A DNA stretch of 49,424 nt, counting the filler, from Bipalium vagum (taxonomy: Eukaryota), in NCBI GenBank assembly GCA_037834085.1. It is 2 parts of 2 records of this genome, joined end to end, with 100 filler letters (N's around TTAATTAATTAA, not from the genome) between each part and the next. Parts side by side here need not be neighbours in the genome. Positions count along the whole stretch, not along the records: positions 30,199 to 49,424 come from JBBMKC010007075.1; 1 more part is not named here. The stretch is one strand, 5' to 3'. Within the stretch, counting starts at the first letter, position 1, and each line of letters begins with the position of its first letter. This document shows, piece after piece, positions 48,783-49,424 of this stretch. The notes under the pieces were generated by a model. It was not told the origin of the DNA and did not search any database. It saw only the letters and a program-made list of their open reading frames with translations. A program made the translations under genes and the position numbers.

Positions 48783-49349
48783 CTTTATTTGTATTAACAA
48801 TTACAAATATTAAATCGATCACAAAAGAAATCTTATGGATAAACTGAAATCTCGCTACTACTGAATTTAAATTTAATCATGATAATAATTTAATAAAAAA
48901 GAACGAAAAATAAAAATAATCAAAATCGATCTCATCGAGAGCGACAAGGGGTCCTCGGGTCACCCTATAGGCCCTTCTCAGGTCGCCTAGGAGGCTCCCT
49001 AACTCGCGGGATCCCCTTGTAAAAGAATCCGAATGCATAATTCTGGACATGGGTAAAACATTTACTGTGGTCGTTGCTCTGGAATCTTGCGCTGAAAATT
49101 TGCTCTGGAATTTTTGGGCAAATTAACGGGACTAGCCGTCTCCATTTATCGGCGTAGGGATTGGTCTACGATCACCAATCCCTACTCGGAGACGAATATT
49201 GCTTCTCACTATCTCCACGCCGAGATAGTCTCCCTTCTGTCGAGGCTAATGGATTAGCCTGATCAAAAAAATAATCCCCACGGTTGGATTTTGTCATAAA
49301 AATGACACAAAAAAAATTATTTAAGAAAAAAATTATTATTATTATTAAT

Positions 49350-49424
<75 letters not shown>
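48783..49424 (-). repeat. LTR copy truncated by the window end, ending in (TTA)n
   Basis: Near-identical blocks to 23457-23999, e.g. CTTTATTTGTATTAACAATTACAAATATTAAATCGATCAC and CACTATCTCCACGCCGAGATAGTCTC.CTTCTGTCGAGGCTAATGGATT. (TTA)n from ~49333. Confidence 0.8.

Overview
Very AT-rich, intron-containing eukaryotic DNA. Short 46-55 nt introns, AAT microsatellites, dense Tc1/mariner and Ty3/gypsy debris and an intronless orphan GPCR suggest a triclad flatworm (planarian); this is inference. The window is two contigs joined by an artificial 100-nt linker (30099-30198). Host genes: an intronless rhodopsin-family GPCR (-), the MADS/MEF2-domain exons of a MEF2 gene (+, remainder not found before the contig break), a complete 9-exon PP2A B56 regulatory subunit (+, 469 aa), a candidate single-TM microprotein and an orphan spliced gene with an in-frame TGA. 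The rest is largely decayed mobile DNA: Tc1, mariner, DD41D, two gypsy pol remnants, two MITEs and a probable Polinton fragment. The most notable unannotated signals are (i) tandem minimal hammerhead ribozymes 475 bp apart at 3.9 and 4.4 kb and (ii) a four-copy ~1.1-kb LTR family whose hairpins and pseudoknot show compensatory changes, with G-U pairs favouring the antisense strand.
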